From positions 99,374-131,373 of the forward strand of contig NZ_JRHO01000002.1 in the NCBI RefSeq assembly GCF_000765475.1: a DNA stretch of 32,000 nucleotides. The letters run 5' to 3'. A program made the translations under genes and the position numbers. The stretch comes from Methanococcoides methylutens. Its GTDB lineage: Archaea > Halobacteriota > Methanosarcinia > Methanosarcinales > Methanosarcinaceae. Of the stretch, positions 8,744 to 18,008 are shown one piece after another. The notes under the pieces are model-generated. The model was given only the letters and a program-made list of their open reading frames with translations, was not told the DNA's origin and made no database searches. Each line of letters begins with the position of its first letter. Position 1 is the first letter of the stretch.

Positions 8744-9928
8744 ATGATGTCCTGTGATCTTGTGAATCAGGAGATATATAAGGGAGGGGTTTATACGGAA
8801 GATATTTTTCGATTTGCGGATGAGCTTGGACCGAGCAAGATCATCCATATATATGAACCGTCTGTTGGATTGAAAGCTGTGCTTGTGGTGGATAATGTGG
8901 CGGCAGGACCTTCAATTGGAGGAGTACGCATAGCTCCGGATGTTAGCACAGAGGAGTGTTTCCGTCTGGCAAGGGCCATGACCCTTAAGAATGCAGCTGC
9001 AGGCCTTCCCTATGGAGGAGGAAAGGCTGTTGTCTATGCTGACCCGAAGATGGATCCTGAAAAAAAGGTAGAACTTCTAAGAGCCCTGGCCTGCTCATTG
9101 AGGGAGATAGAGGAATACATCTTTGCTCCTGACATGGGTACGGATGAGGACTGCATGGCCTGTGTAAAGGATGAGATCGGCAGGGTGGTCGGATTGCCCA
9201 GAGTCCTTGGAGGAATCCCCCTGGATGAGATAGGGGCTACCGGATGGGGGCTCAGACATTCAACTGAAGTTGCCCTTGAGTTCTGTGACTTCAAACTGGA
9301 AGGAGCCAGAGTTGTGGTACAGGGATTTGGGGCAGTGGGCAAGAACGCAGCACGCTTCCTTGTGGAAAAAGGAGCAGTTGTGGTTGCAGTAGCAGATTCC
9401 AGAGGTACTTTATATAACTCAGAAGGGGTCGACGTTGATGCGTTGATAGCTTTAAAAGACTCCGGAGGAAGCGTGGTCGATTATCCCGGAGGACAGAAAC
9501 TCGAGCTCGATGCAGTCATAGATGTTGACTGTGATATATGGATCCCGGCAGCACGTCCGGATGTCCTTAATGAGGGGAATGTGCACCGCCTGAAAACAAA
9601 ACTTGTTGTTGAAGGTGCCAACATACCAATAACTCCTGAAGCTGAGAAGTACCTGCATGAGAAAGGTATCCTGTGCGTTCCGGACTTCATTGCCAACGCA
9701 GGAGGAGTGATCTGCGCTGCTATGGAATATGAGGGAGCCAGTGAATGTGCAGCACTTCAGGCCATAGAGGAGAAGATACGTCTCAATACCAGATTGGTGT
9801 TGACTGACTCAGAAAGCAAAAGTATACTTCCACGGGAGGCTGCTCTGGAGCTTGCCCTTGCAAGGGTCCACAAGGCTATGGGTTACAGACGATGGTCACT
9901 GTTCTCATCAGCTCCGGGATTCGTATAA
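8744..9928 (+). CDS. Glu/Leu/Phe/Val-dehydrogenase superfamily amino-acid dehydrogenase (Leu/Val-DH-like by motif)
   Basis: The track ORF starts at a GTG (8696). I prefer the ATG at 8744 (MMSCDLVNQ...). The catalytic block is GGVRIAPDVSTEECFRLARAMTLKNAAAGLPYGGGKAVVYADP and the Rossmann motif is VVVQGFGAVGKNAARFL. From memory, GGGKAV is closer to the Leu/Phe/Val-DH type than to the GDH GG(A/G)KGG type. Confidence 0.85.
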   Translation: MMSCDLVNQEIYKGGVYTEDIFRFADELGPSKIIHIYEPSVGLKAVLVVDNVAAGPSIGGVRIAPDVSTEECFRLARAMTLKNAAAGLPYGGGKAVVYADPKMDPEKKVELLRALACSLREIEEYIFAPDMGTDEDCMACVKDEIGRVVGLPRVLGGIPLDEIGATGWGLRHSTEVALEFCDFKLEGARVVVQGFGAVGKNAARFLVEKGAVVVAVADSRGTLYNSEGVDVDALIALKDSGGSVVDYPGGQKLELDAVIDVDCDIWIPAARPDVLNEGNVHRLKTKLVVEGANIPITPEAEKYLHEKGILCVPDFIANAGGVICAAMEYEGASECAALQAIEEKIRLNTRLVLTDSESKSILPREAALELALARVHKAMGYRRWSLFSSAPGFV

Positions 9929-9949
9929 CAAAGGAGGAGGGAGGGGGAT

Positions 9950-10885
9950 TTAAGGAAGGAGCTCATGTTTCTTCCAGTACTCATCCACCATCTCCTGAAT
10001 GCTTTTTAAAGCATCCTCCTGTCTTACCGGTTTGAAAAGATGTGAAAATCGTTCCTGCTCTTTAAGGTACTCTTCCACAGGCTTGAATTTCTTCGGGACA
10101 TAAGTGTGTTCCACCTCACCATGGACAGACTCCTTTAATGGCCAGAGCCCTGTCTCAACTGAAAGCTTTGCAAGTCTGACAGATCGGGATGGATCAAATC
10201 CCCATCCGGGCGGACAGGGTATGTGAGATATGAAAAGCTTTGGACCTTTGAATTGTTCTGCTTTTTTGAACTTGTTCATCAGGTCAACAGGATATGCCGG
10301 TGAAACAGTTGCAATGTATGGCGGTTTGTGACTGTTCCAGATGTCGAACAGGTTCTTCTTTTGAAGCTGTGAACCAACCGGGACCTCCTTTCCGGGAGGG
10401 GTTGTTCCTGTCCTTGAACCAAAAGGAGATGCTCCTGAATGCTGGAAACCGGTATTTCCGTATGCTTCATTATCATAACAGATGTAGTAGAAGTCCAGGT
10501 TGCGGTAAATTGCCCCGGATGTGGAGGAGAGTGCCATATCATATGCAGAACCATCACCGGAGAGCACGACCACCTTCAGGTTCTCTTCAGGATCAAGCTT
10601 CCCTTTTTTGATCAGTATGTCCAGAGCATCCCGGACACCCTGGGCTCCTGCAGGTGCACAGGCCATTGCCGTATAAAGCCAGGAATTCCTGAATGGTGAA
10701 AATGGATAGATGGTAAGAAGGGTAAAACATCCTGCTGCATTTACGATGACGATCTTATCACCCAGTGCCTTCAGGCAATACCTCAATGTCAGGAGACCGC
10801 CACAGCCTGCACATGCAGCAGTCCCTGGCAGCATGTTCTCTTCAGGTGGCAGTTCCTTTATGGATCTGATGGTTGATGTATCCAT
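9950..10885 (-). CDS. 2-oxoacid:ferredoxin oxidoreductase, beta (TPP-binding) subunit
   Basis: 311 aa. N-terminal CAGCGG cysteines are present. The TPP motif is VVLSGDGSAYDMAL...YDNEAYGNTG. Further Cys ligands occur in AAGCF and HIPCPPGW. Confidence 0.9.
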   Translation of the reverse strand: MDTSTIRSIKELPPEENMLPGTAACAGCGGLLTLRYCLKALGDKIVIVNAAGCFTLLTIYPFSPFRNSWLYTAMACAPAGAQGVRDALDILIKKGKLDPEENLKVVVLSGDGSAYDMALSSTSGAIYRNLDFYYICYDNEAYGNTGFQHSGASPFGSRTGTTPPGKEVPVGSQLQKKNLFDIWNSHKPPYIATVSPAYPVDLMNKFKKAEQFKGPKLFISHIPCPPGWGFDPSRSVRLAKLSVETGLWPLKESVHGEVEHTYVPKKFKPVEEYLKEQERFSHLFKPVRQEDALKSIQEMVDEYWKKHELLP

Positions 10886-10889
10886 ATCT

Positions 10890-12110
10890 TTATTCCTTCC
10901 CTGCGATCTCTTTCAGTTTTGTTATGCCTTCCAACTCACTTTCCGTATAGAGTAGAGAAGGAGGTTCAACAATTCCAGTATCCGATGCACTGATCATTTT
11001 CTCAAAGATAAACTCGAACTCTTTCTGGCTGATGTTCTTGCCTCCAAGTCCTCCAATGAAAGATAGCAAAAGAGGCCTGTCAATCTCATTGTACAAGCAA
11101 CCTGCCATCTCTGAATAGATGATACCTCCCTTTCCTACGCTGATGTTCTGGTCGATGACAGCCACAGCTTTCTTTCCTTTCAATGCGTTCTTTATTTCAG
11201 ATTCCGGAAATGGCCTTAAGAACCTCGGCCTTAATAAGCCGGCTTTGACCCCATCCTCCCGTGCCCTTTTCACAGCAGCCTTCCCGAGAGTTGAGAATGA
11301 GTTTGTCATCACAAGGATATATTCGGCATCTTCCATCATATATTCGTCAATGACCTCGTATTTCCTGCCAAATATCCTTTCAAAATCATCACAGACCTCT
11401 TTGTAGATCTCAAGAGCATTCTGACTTGCAAGGTGCATCTGGTACTTGAAATAAGAATAATAATCCCCGCCAAGGACCGCTACTCCCTGGGCCATTGGCC
11501 TGGCTGCCTTGAAAAAGGCATGTTCCGGCCTGTATTCTGGCAGGAAACTCCTGACCTTCTCCACATCAGGGATCTCCACAGCTTCCCTGGTAAATGAAAG
11601 GTAAAAACCGTCCATGTTAACCATCACCGGCAGGAGCACACGCTCATCCTCTGCCAGCCTGTATGCCATCAGGACAGAATCAAGTACCTCCTGGCAGGTC
11701 TCGCAATGGATCTGCAGGAATCCCGAATCCCGGACTGCCAGAATATCGTTATGGTCCGGACCCAGGGTGATCGGTGAGGATAAACCCCTCGATACGTTGA
11801 CCATCACCAGAGGAACCCTCCACCCTGCCACTGTATATATCATCTCAAAACCATACAGCAGTCCCTGGCTGGACGTAGTCGTAAAGGTCCTGGCACCGGT
11901 AGCTGAAGCAGCCCCTGCAGCCGTGATCATGGAATGTTCCGAGTCCATGGTGACAAAACTCGCATCCATAGACCCATCGGATATCCACTTTGCAATTGTC
12001 TCAATTATCTCAGTCTGGGGAGTTATAGGATATGCCGGAATATAATCCACCTCTGCCAGTCGCACTCCCCAGGCAGCAGCACTGTTACCGGTAAGCATCT
12101 CTTTTCCCAT
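10890..12110 (-). CDS. 2-oxoacid:ferredoxin oxidoreductase, alpha subunit
   Basis: 406 aa. AYPITPQTEI and TTTSSQGL are typical of Por/Vor/Kor alpha subunits. Its start overlaps the upstream stop (TAATG at 12108-12112). It ends 4 nt before the beta start. Confidence 0.9.
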   Translation of the reverse strand: MGKEMLTGNSAAAWGVRLAEVDYIPAYPITPQTEIIETIAKWISDGSMDASFVTMDSEHSMITAAGAASATGARTFTTTSSQGLLYGFEMIYTVAGWRVPLVMVNVSRGLSSPITLGPDHNDILAVRDSGFLQIHCETCQEVLDSVLMAYRLAEDERVLLPVMVNMDGFYLSFTREAVEIPDVEKVRSFLPEYRPEHAFFKAARPMAQGVAVLGGDYYSYFKYQMHLASQNALEIYKEVCDDFERIFGRKYEVIDEYMMEDAEYILVMTNSFSTLGKAAVKRAREDGVKAGLLRPRFLRPFPESEIKNALKGKKAVAVIDQNISVGKGGIIYSEMAGCLYNEIDRPLLLSFIGGLGGKNISQKEFEFIFEKMISASDTGIVEPPSLLYTESELEGITKLKEIAGKE

Positions 12111-13021
12111 TATTGATCCCCCTCTTCGGACCGGGAGTGAATCTCCCGAACTTTAGTGATAGCTTTTACCGGACATTCCTCGGCGCATACCAAACATCCC
12201 TTACAATTGTCATAATCCGCATACGGATAGCCGTCTTCGTTCAGCCGGATACAACCCTCAGGACACCTGGAAACACAGGTCATACACCTGGTGCAGATGT
12301 CATAATTCCAGACAGGTCTGAACACACGCCAGTTTCCTGTTCTTCGCAAGGGAGTATTGCCGGTAGCATTTATGGCAGGACTGGATACACGGGCAGTTTC
12401 AAAAGGTAATGTGATAACATTCTCTTTTTCCCTGATTGTCTCAGCAGTTTTTACCTGGACCGGTACTAAAGTATTGTAACAATAAAGTGCAGCCTCTGTA
12501 TTTTTTCCTAGAAGATCTCTGTCCGATATGATTCCGGATAGTTCCTTTTCCAGGGCACCCTTTAAAGCCTCCTCCCCAATACCAGCGATCCTGGAAGCAA
12601 CACCAGCTGCAAGGCTGCTGAGGACGGACTTTCCGATCATATCAAGGCTGACCTTTGTGATATCCAGTGTGATCACATGGTCTTCGATCCCGTACTCTTC
12701 CTTTGTTTCAAGAGGACTAAGAGGTGTGTTTACAAAAACAATACCACCTTTTTTAAGTCCTGATAATGGCATAGCTTGAGGATCCGAGAGTAAGGTTTCG
12801 TCCATAACGATCACAATATCAGGATCAGAAACTAAGCCCCGCTCCATGATATCATCTCTTGATATACGGGTAAACGCAGTGATAGGTGCCCCTCTTCTCT
12901 CGGCACCATATAACGGGAAATCCTGAGCATTGTAACCATCCAGAAATGCAGCAGTACCGAGCACTCTGCTGGCAACCTTTGCTCCCTGGCCACCCCTGCC
13001 ATGGAATCTTAATCTGAGCAT
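12110..13021 (-). CDS. 2-oxoacid:ferredoxin oxidoreductase, fused gamma-delta subunit
   Basis: 303 aa. The gamma signature is FHGRGGQGAKVASRVLG. The C-terminal delta-type ferredoxin has two CxxCxxCxxxCP motifs (CTRCMTCVSRCP and CKGCLVCAEECP). Confidence 0.9.
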   Translation of the reverse strand: MLRLRFHGRGGQGAKVASRVLGTAAFLDGYNAQDFPLYGAERRGAPITAFTRISRDDIMERGLVSDPDIVIVMDETLLSDPQAMPLSGLKKGGIVFVNTPLSPLETKEEYGIEDHVITLDITKVSLDMIGKSVLSSLAAGVASRIAGIGEEALKGALEKELSGIISDRDLLGKNTEAALYCYNTLVPVQVKTAETIREKENVITLPFETARVSSPAINATGNTPLRRTGNWRVFRPVWNYDICTRCMTCVSRCPEGCIRLNEDGYPYADYDNCKGCLVCAEECPVKAITKVREIHSRSEEGDQ

Positions 13022-13373
13022 TTATACTCCCCAGTATATTTAGGGACTTTATGTGTATAAATATCCTCTCATTGTTTATTTGATCTATATGGGTCGATGA
13101 CATCAGGGTATTTTATGATGCCTGAGAGGATGATTCTGGATATGACTTATGTTAAATGAAAGAACATGGGATCTCCGAAGGCGATTTTACATTATATGAT
13201 GGAGAATACAAAAAGTGATGGATCGTTGACCCTAACAATCAGGCACTTAAGCGGTTGGAGAAATTGGGTGAGTGTTATTAATATTTAGTTTAATATTTTT
13301 TACACAGTCAAATTGATATAGTCTGCTGTACAATAATTATACGGGTACTTAACTAATGGAGCAGGGGTAAAGC

Positions 13374-13649
13374 ATGGATATGAAGGAGCTGGAAGGTCTG
13401 GTCTTTTGCCAGAGTTGTGGAATGCCTTTGGGGAAGGACGAGGATTTTGGAACCAATGCAGATGGTTCAAAGAGTGAAGAATATTGCAATTATTGTTACC
13501 AGAATGGCGAGTTCACACAGCCCAACATTACTTTGGATGAAATGATAGAGCAATGCTCCAAAGCAATTGATGAAAATGGGATCATGTCACTGGAAGAAGC
13601 AAAAAAGATTAGCCAACAGAATCTTCCAAAATTAAAGAGATGGAAGTAA
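13374..13649 (+). CDS. Zinc-ribbon domain protein (Zn_ribbon_2-like)
   Basis: 91 aa. CQSCGMPL...EEYCNYCY forms a CxxC...CxxC pair, followed by a helical tail. Confidence 0.7.
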   Translation: MDMKELEGLVFCQSCGMPLGKDEDFGTNADGSKSEEYCNYCYQNGEFTQPNITLDEMIEQCSKAIDENGIMSLEEAKKISQQNLPKLKRWK

Positions 13650-13857
13650 TTTTTAGTTTTGCTCTCAACACTCATGTAAAGGAGAGATCGAAGAATTAGG
13701 GTGATAGCTATCGCTATGCCCGACACCCCTATCAAATAAACTTTAGTGGCAAAGTATAATTAGAAACATTAACAGATGATCCATTTCAACTTGTAAGAAT
13801 TACTTATTAAGATGAAAATTGGAACGATTATCAGTCTAAGATCAAGGAGAACTTTTT

Positions 13858-14721
13858 ATGAGTGGATTCTTCCCCCTGAAGTATATTGAAAACAAAAGCA
13901 GAATACTTGTCAATACTCCATTGTACTTTTTTCTGTTCATGCTTTGTACAATACTTGGTATTCTTGCATATTATATCCAGACAAAGGATGAATTTGCTCC
14001 TGCAGTTATACTCTCTGTATTATGGATCGTTTTTTGGAAGAACAGCAAAATTGAAGGAAAAACGTTGCTTTTGATAGCATCCATTTTTGGTTTCATACAT
14101 GAATTATTGGGCGTACAATACGGATATTTTACATACATCAGTGGTGTATTAGGAAATGTTCCGCTTTGGATATTACCCGGGTATGGAGCAATATTCTGGT
14201 CAGCTCACAACCTCTGGAAGATATTCGAAAAACAATATTCAAGATCCAAGTGGTTCAATTTTACAGATCATTTCGTCATCTTAAGTTTTATTCTGCTTAT
14301 ACTGGCAGATTTCATACTCTTTGATCTGACAAAGAACCCCCTGATCATATCTATTAAATTTATAGCTTCATTTATGCTGTTTACAAATTTAAGCCTTTTA
14401 AGACTTGCATACTTTACAGGATTCTTCACTCTTCTTAATGAAATTGCAGGAGAAACACTTGGAACATGGTCACATCCGGATTTTTCACTACTTTCCCTGA
14501 TAGCAGGATACGTTTTCCTTCTCTGGATATGCCTTTCGATCGCCGAAGTAAAAGAAGCAAGGAAAACAAAATATCATGAAAATGATCAACTCATAAGTTA
14601 CATATCCGCATTGAAAGGACTTGTGAACGGAGAGAAAGGATGGACTAAACGAGAGGCAACTGCTGCATTTTTAATGATATTCCTCTATACTTTGGGTTTA
14701 CTTGGGCTGATCAGGGTCTAA
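13858..14721 (+). CDS. Polytopic membrane protein, function unknown
   Basis: 287 aa with about 7-8 hydrophobic spans. An acidic motif recurs between spans (IHELLGVQYGYFTY and LNEIAGETLGTWSH), suggesting an internal duplication. Confidence 0.6.
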   Translation: MSGFFPLKYIENKSRILVNTPLYFFLFMLCTILGILAYYIQTKDEFAPAVILSVLWIVFWKNSKIEGKTLLLIASIFGFIHELLGVQYGYFTYISGVLGNVPLWILPGYGAIFWSAHNLWKIFEKQYSRSKWFNFTDHFVILSFILLILADFILFDLTKNPLIISIKFIASFMLFTNLSLLRLAYFTGFFTLLNEIAGETLGTWSHPDFSLLSLIAGYVFLLWICLSIAEVKEARKTKYHENDQLISYISALKGLVNGEKGWTKREATAAFLMIFLYTLGLLGLIRV

Positions 14722-14974
14722 GCATATTATTGTCCTGATAATGAGGAATATCTTATTTTTTAATATTCATTAAATGAAATATTATTACTTTTTACAGCAA
14801 CTTTTTTTGGAACAATTCAATATCCTTTACATTAAGACTAACTGAAAATGCGCCTAATTCCATTGTTCCCACCTTTTAATTCCCTTAACAAAGAATATCT
14901 TAGTTTTTTATATATCCATTTTTGCACGATATGGAGCAGAATACCAAACCTAAAACACACTGTAAACTCTTACC

Positions 14975-15604
14975 TCACTCTTCCAGCGACTCCATAATTG
15001 CATAGAAATACTGCGTCTTATGAGTAACATATAACTGACACCATGCTTCAAGGGTCTGAGCCGAAAATACATCCAGGTTCCTGATAACTTCCTTTGCGAA
15101 TTCAAGAGGGGCAATCCCTGAGGCAGTTATAAGGTTACCATCAGTCACAGCAGGCTCCTGACGATAAAATGATTCTCCGGTGTAATCGGGACAGACCGTT
15201 TTCAGGTAATCCAGATCATTACTTGTATGGAGTCTGTTATCCAGAAGGCCGGCTTTAGCAAAACCCAGAGTTGCACCACATATGGCACCAACAGTGATAC
15301 CTGCATCCAGGAACTCCTTTGCTTTCTCCAGTATTGGCGTGTGAATATCTTCAAGCCAGGTATCGCCACCTGGCAGGATCAGCACTCCGGCATCGTCAGT
15401 CATTAATTCATCAAGGCTAATGTCTGGCTCAATGCGCAACCCACCCATGGTAACAACAGGCTCTTTTGTAATACCTACTGTCCTGACCGTGTATTCGCTT
15501 GTATTCTTCCTGAAATAACGGCCGGAATTCAATTCAGCGATCAGGTAACTCGGCTCCCAGTCGGCCATCGTGTTAAGAACGTAAAGATAAGCTATTTTAG
15601 TCAT
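14975..15604 (-). CDS. DJ-1/PfpI-family (class I glutamine amidotransferase-like) protein
   Basis: I prefer the start at M23 of the track ORF (complement of 15602-15604; MTKIAYLYVL...). The nucleophile elbow is VGAICGATLGFA. LILPGG is also present. Confidence 0.85.
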   Translation of the reverse strand: MTKIAYLYVLNTMADWEPSYLIAELNSGRYFRKNTSEYTVRTVGITKEPVVTMGGLRIEPDISLDELMTDDAGVLILPGGDTWLEDIHTPILEKAKEFLDAGITVGAICGATLGFAKAGLLDNRLHTSNDLDYLKTVCPDYTGESFYRQEPAVTDGNLITASGIAPLEFAKEVIRNLDVFSAQTLEAWCQLYVTHKTQYFYAIMESLEE

Positions 15605-15716
15605 TATATTACTCCTGATTTTGATATGTGATTCTATATTTTCATTTACTAAACTGACTTGTAGGTACAAAACTATTTTTGAAATTTACTTTAGGCAGGA
15701 TTCCAGGCAGTTGAGG

Positions 15717-16011
15717 ATGAAGAATAGTTCTTGGGGTTCTGTACTGTTGCTCAAGGCAAGGGAGCTTAGTCATCATCTTGTTGGGAAGAAGAAAAACGGT
15801 TGAGTTCAGTAAGCCTGCTTATATGGGCAAGAGGGATGATTCTGATCTATTGAGGAAGAAGATCATTGACATGCCTTATACCGAATGGAAGAAAATGGGA
15901 TTCTCTAAGGGTACTTTGCACCACATGAAGCAGAATACCAGGAGTGATAACCCGTTCACTCTCAATGCTTATGAGAGGGAAAAATTGGAGAATTGGAATA
16001 ATATGCTTTGA
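15717..16011 (+). pseudogene. Possible frameshifted small gene (about 97 aa if repaired); the intact part is 15823-16011
   Basis: Frame A (ATG 15717) reads MKNSSWGSVLLLKARELSHHLVGKKKNG* and frame B reads ...KTVEFSKPAYMGKRDDS...MPYTEWKKMGFSKGTLHHMKQN... The two meet at an A5 run (15792-15796). Deleting one A joins them as ...GKKKTVEF... Confidence 0.3.
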
Positions 16012-16028
16012 AACAACTGTAATAATCA

Positions 16029-17831
16029 TCAGATTTTTATTATCTTAACACCAGTTAAAAGTTCATAGTAATGCTTAGTGGGTAATTCCCAGTTCATCTC
16101 TCCAGCGAGAAGATATGCCTCTTCGCATAAAAGGTTGTATTTTACCTTATCATGAAGATAGCTATCCAAAAAGTAGTCCATAGCGATAGCGTAATCCACG
16201 ATGGTTTCATTGTATGATACATCAACATTATCTACTACAACTACACCCCCCATACCCGGAACCAAAGTTTTGACAGTTTTCAGAGCATCGCTAAAACCAC
16301 ATACTTTGCTAACAATACTGGGAGTGTATTCCTTGCCAGCCTCAAGTCCTGTTAACAGGAATGGATCATATCTCGAAGGAAATACTCCTGCAATACACCC
16401 CGTCATGAACTCATCATGGTTCATATTCAAACCCTCATCGTGGTCTGATAACCATTGAGGATATAACACAGCTGAAACACATCTTCTACCACTTGGAAGA
16501 TTTGAGCATTCAAGCCCTCTCTCTTCAATCATCTTCTGGAGTCTGAGCTCTTCTCCAATAAGTACTTCTTTTGGAAGATTTATTGGAAAACCTAAAGGCA
16601 AATTCGTCTTTTGTCCATGGGCTGTAACCAAAAAGCATACGACTCGTACATCTTCATCAAGCTTACCCATGAGTATTTCGGATTTTACCATACGATCAAG
16701 CAAAACCAGAGAATCAAGCAAATCGGGGTATCCTTTGTTTTCGATCTCTATTCTTGAAATCGAAAATATGGGGATCACTTTTTTTGGAGATGACTGTTCA
16801 CCATCATGATATTTATACAGATTATCGGACAAAAACATCTGGATCTTTTCACGACACTGCTTTTTCTTTTCCCAGTCAAGACCATCGTTTTCAATAAGAA
16901 TTCCATTTCTAACCAGTATCCCGGAAACCCCATAAAAAAGCTTCACTTCTTTCCTTGTAGATTCGCCCACAGCTGTTACCACATCAGCATACTTTGAAAG
17001 AGATTCCAATTCAGCTAGGTTCCTGGGTACACCTTCTGACCATGAACTATCGTTGTTGCGTATTTTCTGTATTGCGTAATGCCCAGCTACTCTTCCAGGC
17101 AGTGTAGCGTGGTATGTAGCTACTGTTTTCAATGGTAAACATATTTTCTTGAGTCTTGCAATGGCATAGAAAACTGAAAATTCGTGACAATGAAGAGATA
17201 ACTGTATGTTTGAATCAGCAGGTCTTTTTGTTTCAGAGAGATGTATATTTTTATATTCTTTAAGTTTTTTCTGACTTATTTTAAAAAGTTCACATATAAA
17301 TTCAGAAATGGCATACGATAAATTAAGATAATGGCAATATTCAGTTCCATTATCCATATTCTCATAGGTTAATGAATCAAGTCCCAGTAATTCATATGCT
17401 TCACTTTTTACTTTGTTTTCAAGGGACATGTCAACCCCTTTATATTCTGCAGGCACTCTGCTAAAAGTTTCTGTATTAAACAGCAAGTAAATTATTTCAA
17501 GATTGCTGATTTTTCTAACTCCACTTATGGCATCAATACCGGACAATCTAAGAGTTTCAATGGCTGCAGATACATCTTCATCATTGCGGAACTCCTCTAA
17601 TTCACTTATATCAGTAATCCTGTTGAGACCTTTGTTCCAGTCAGCTCCACTATGACCATAATATGGACCAACTACAATTATCTTTGGCATCGATTCATCT
17701 TTAATTTCTTTGGAATCAATAAGTGATGCCAGAGTTGTAGCTTCTGCATCGATAACATCCCAGATTCCCCCCATCTTGTTAGATCTGGGTCCAGCCTCTT
17801 CTCCGGCAATAATTAACCATTTCTTTCCCAT
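16029..17831 (-). CDS. GT3-family (eukaryote-type) glycogen synthase homologue
   Basis: 600 aa. Blocks align by eye with yeast/animal glycogen synthase: SNKMGGIWDVIDAEA (cf. ANKVGGIYTVLKTKA), HCHEFSVFYAI...TVATYHATLPGR (cf. HFHEW...TIFTTHATLLGR), ISRIEIENKGYPDLL (cf. AGRYEFKNKGADMF) and DEFMTGCIAGVFPSRYDPFLLTGLEAG...VCGFS (cf. [26 protein letters not shown]...VSGFG). Confidence 0.8.
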   Translation of the reverse strand: MGKKWLIIAGEEAGPRSNKMGGIWDVIDAEATTLASLIDSKEIKDESMPKIIVVGPYYGHSGADWNKGLNRITDISELEEFRNDEDVSAAIETLRLSGIDAISGVRKISNLEIIYLLFNTETFSRVPAEYKGVDMSLENKVKSEAYELLGLDSLTYENMDNGTEYCHYLNLSYAISEFICELFKISQKKLKEYKNIHLSETKRPADSNIQLSLHCHEFSVFYAIARLKKICLPLKTVATYHATLPGRVAGHYAIQKIRNNDSSWSEGVPRNLAELESLSKYADVVTAVGESTRKEVKLFYGVSGILVRNGILIENDGLDWEKKKQCREKIQMFLSDNLYKYHDGEQSSPKKVIPIFSISRIEIENKGYPDLLDSLVLLDRMVKSEILMGKLDEDVRVVCFLVTAHGQKTNLPLGFPINLPKEVLIGEELRLQKMIEERGLECSNLPSGRRCVSAVLYPQWLSDHDEGLNMNHDEFMTGCIAGVFPSRYDPFLLTGLEAGKEYTPSIVSKVCGFSDALKTVKTLVPGMGGVVVVDNVDVSYNETIVDYAIAMDYFLDSYLHDKVKYNLLCEEAYLLAGEMNWELPTKHYYELLTGVKIIKI

Positions 17832-18008
17832 AATTTGGTTCCCCGCACAAATGAAATTTGTCTATCCTCGTATAAATCAAAAATGGTTTTGATATGAAGT
17901 GTTTATTTCATCCAGTATAAATTTGCCATTATTATCTGAAACTACTGGCCAAACCCGAAACATAACCGATTAATAAAAATTTTTATTCAGAACTGATTAT
18001 AATTCACT

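Noticed and set aside
9933-9947. G-tract ggaggagggaggggg between the convergent dehydrogenase and OFOR-beta stops as a G-quadruplex or regulatory element
   Set aside because: It has only one short set of G-runs with 1-nt loops, in a 21-nt convergent spacer. It cannot be distinguished from chance or from a simple terminator context without data.
9034-12779. Many 60-143-aa ORFs antisense to, or out of frame within, the dehydrogenase and OFOR genes (for example 9034-9342, 10279-10699, 11119-11406, 11614-12045, 12113-12409, 12528-12779)
   Set aside because: They are embedded entirely in strongly supported genes. Their compositions are biased (Ser/Pro/Arg/Thr-rich), typical of shadow frames in GC-richer coding DNA, and they have no recognisable motifs.
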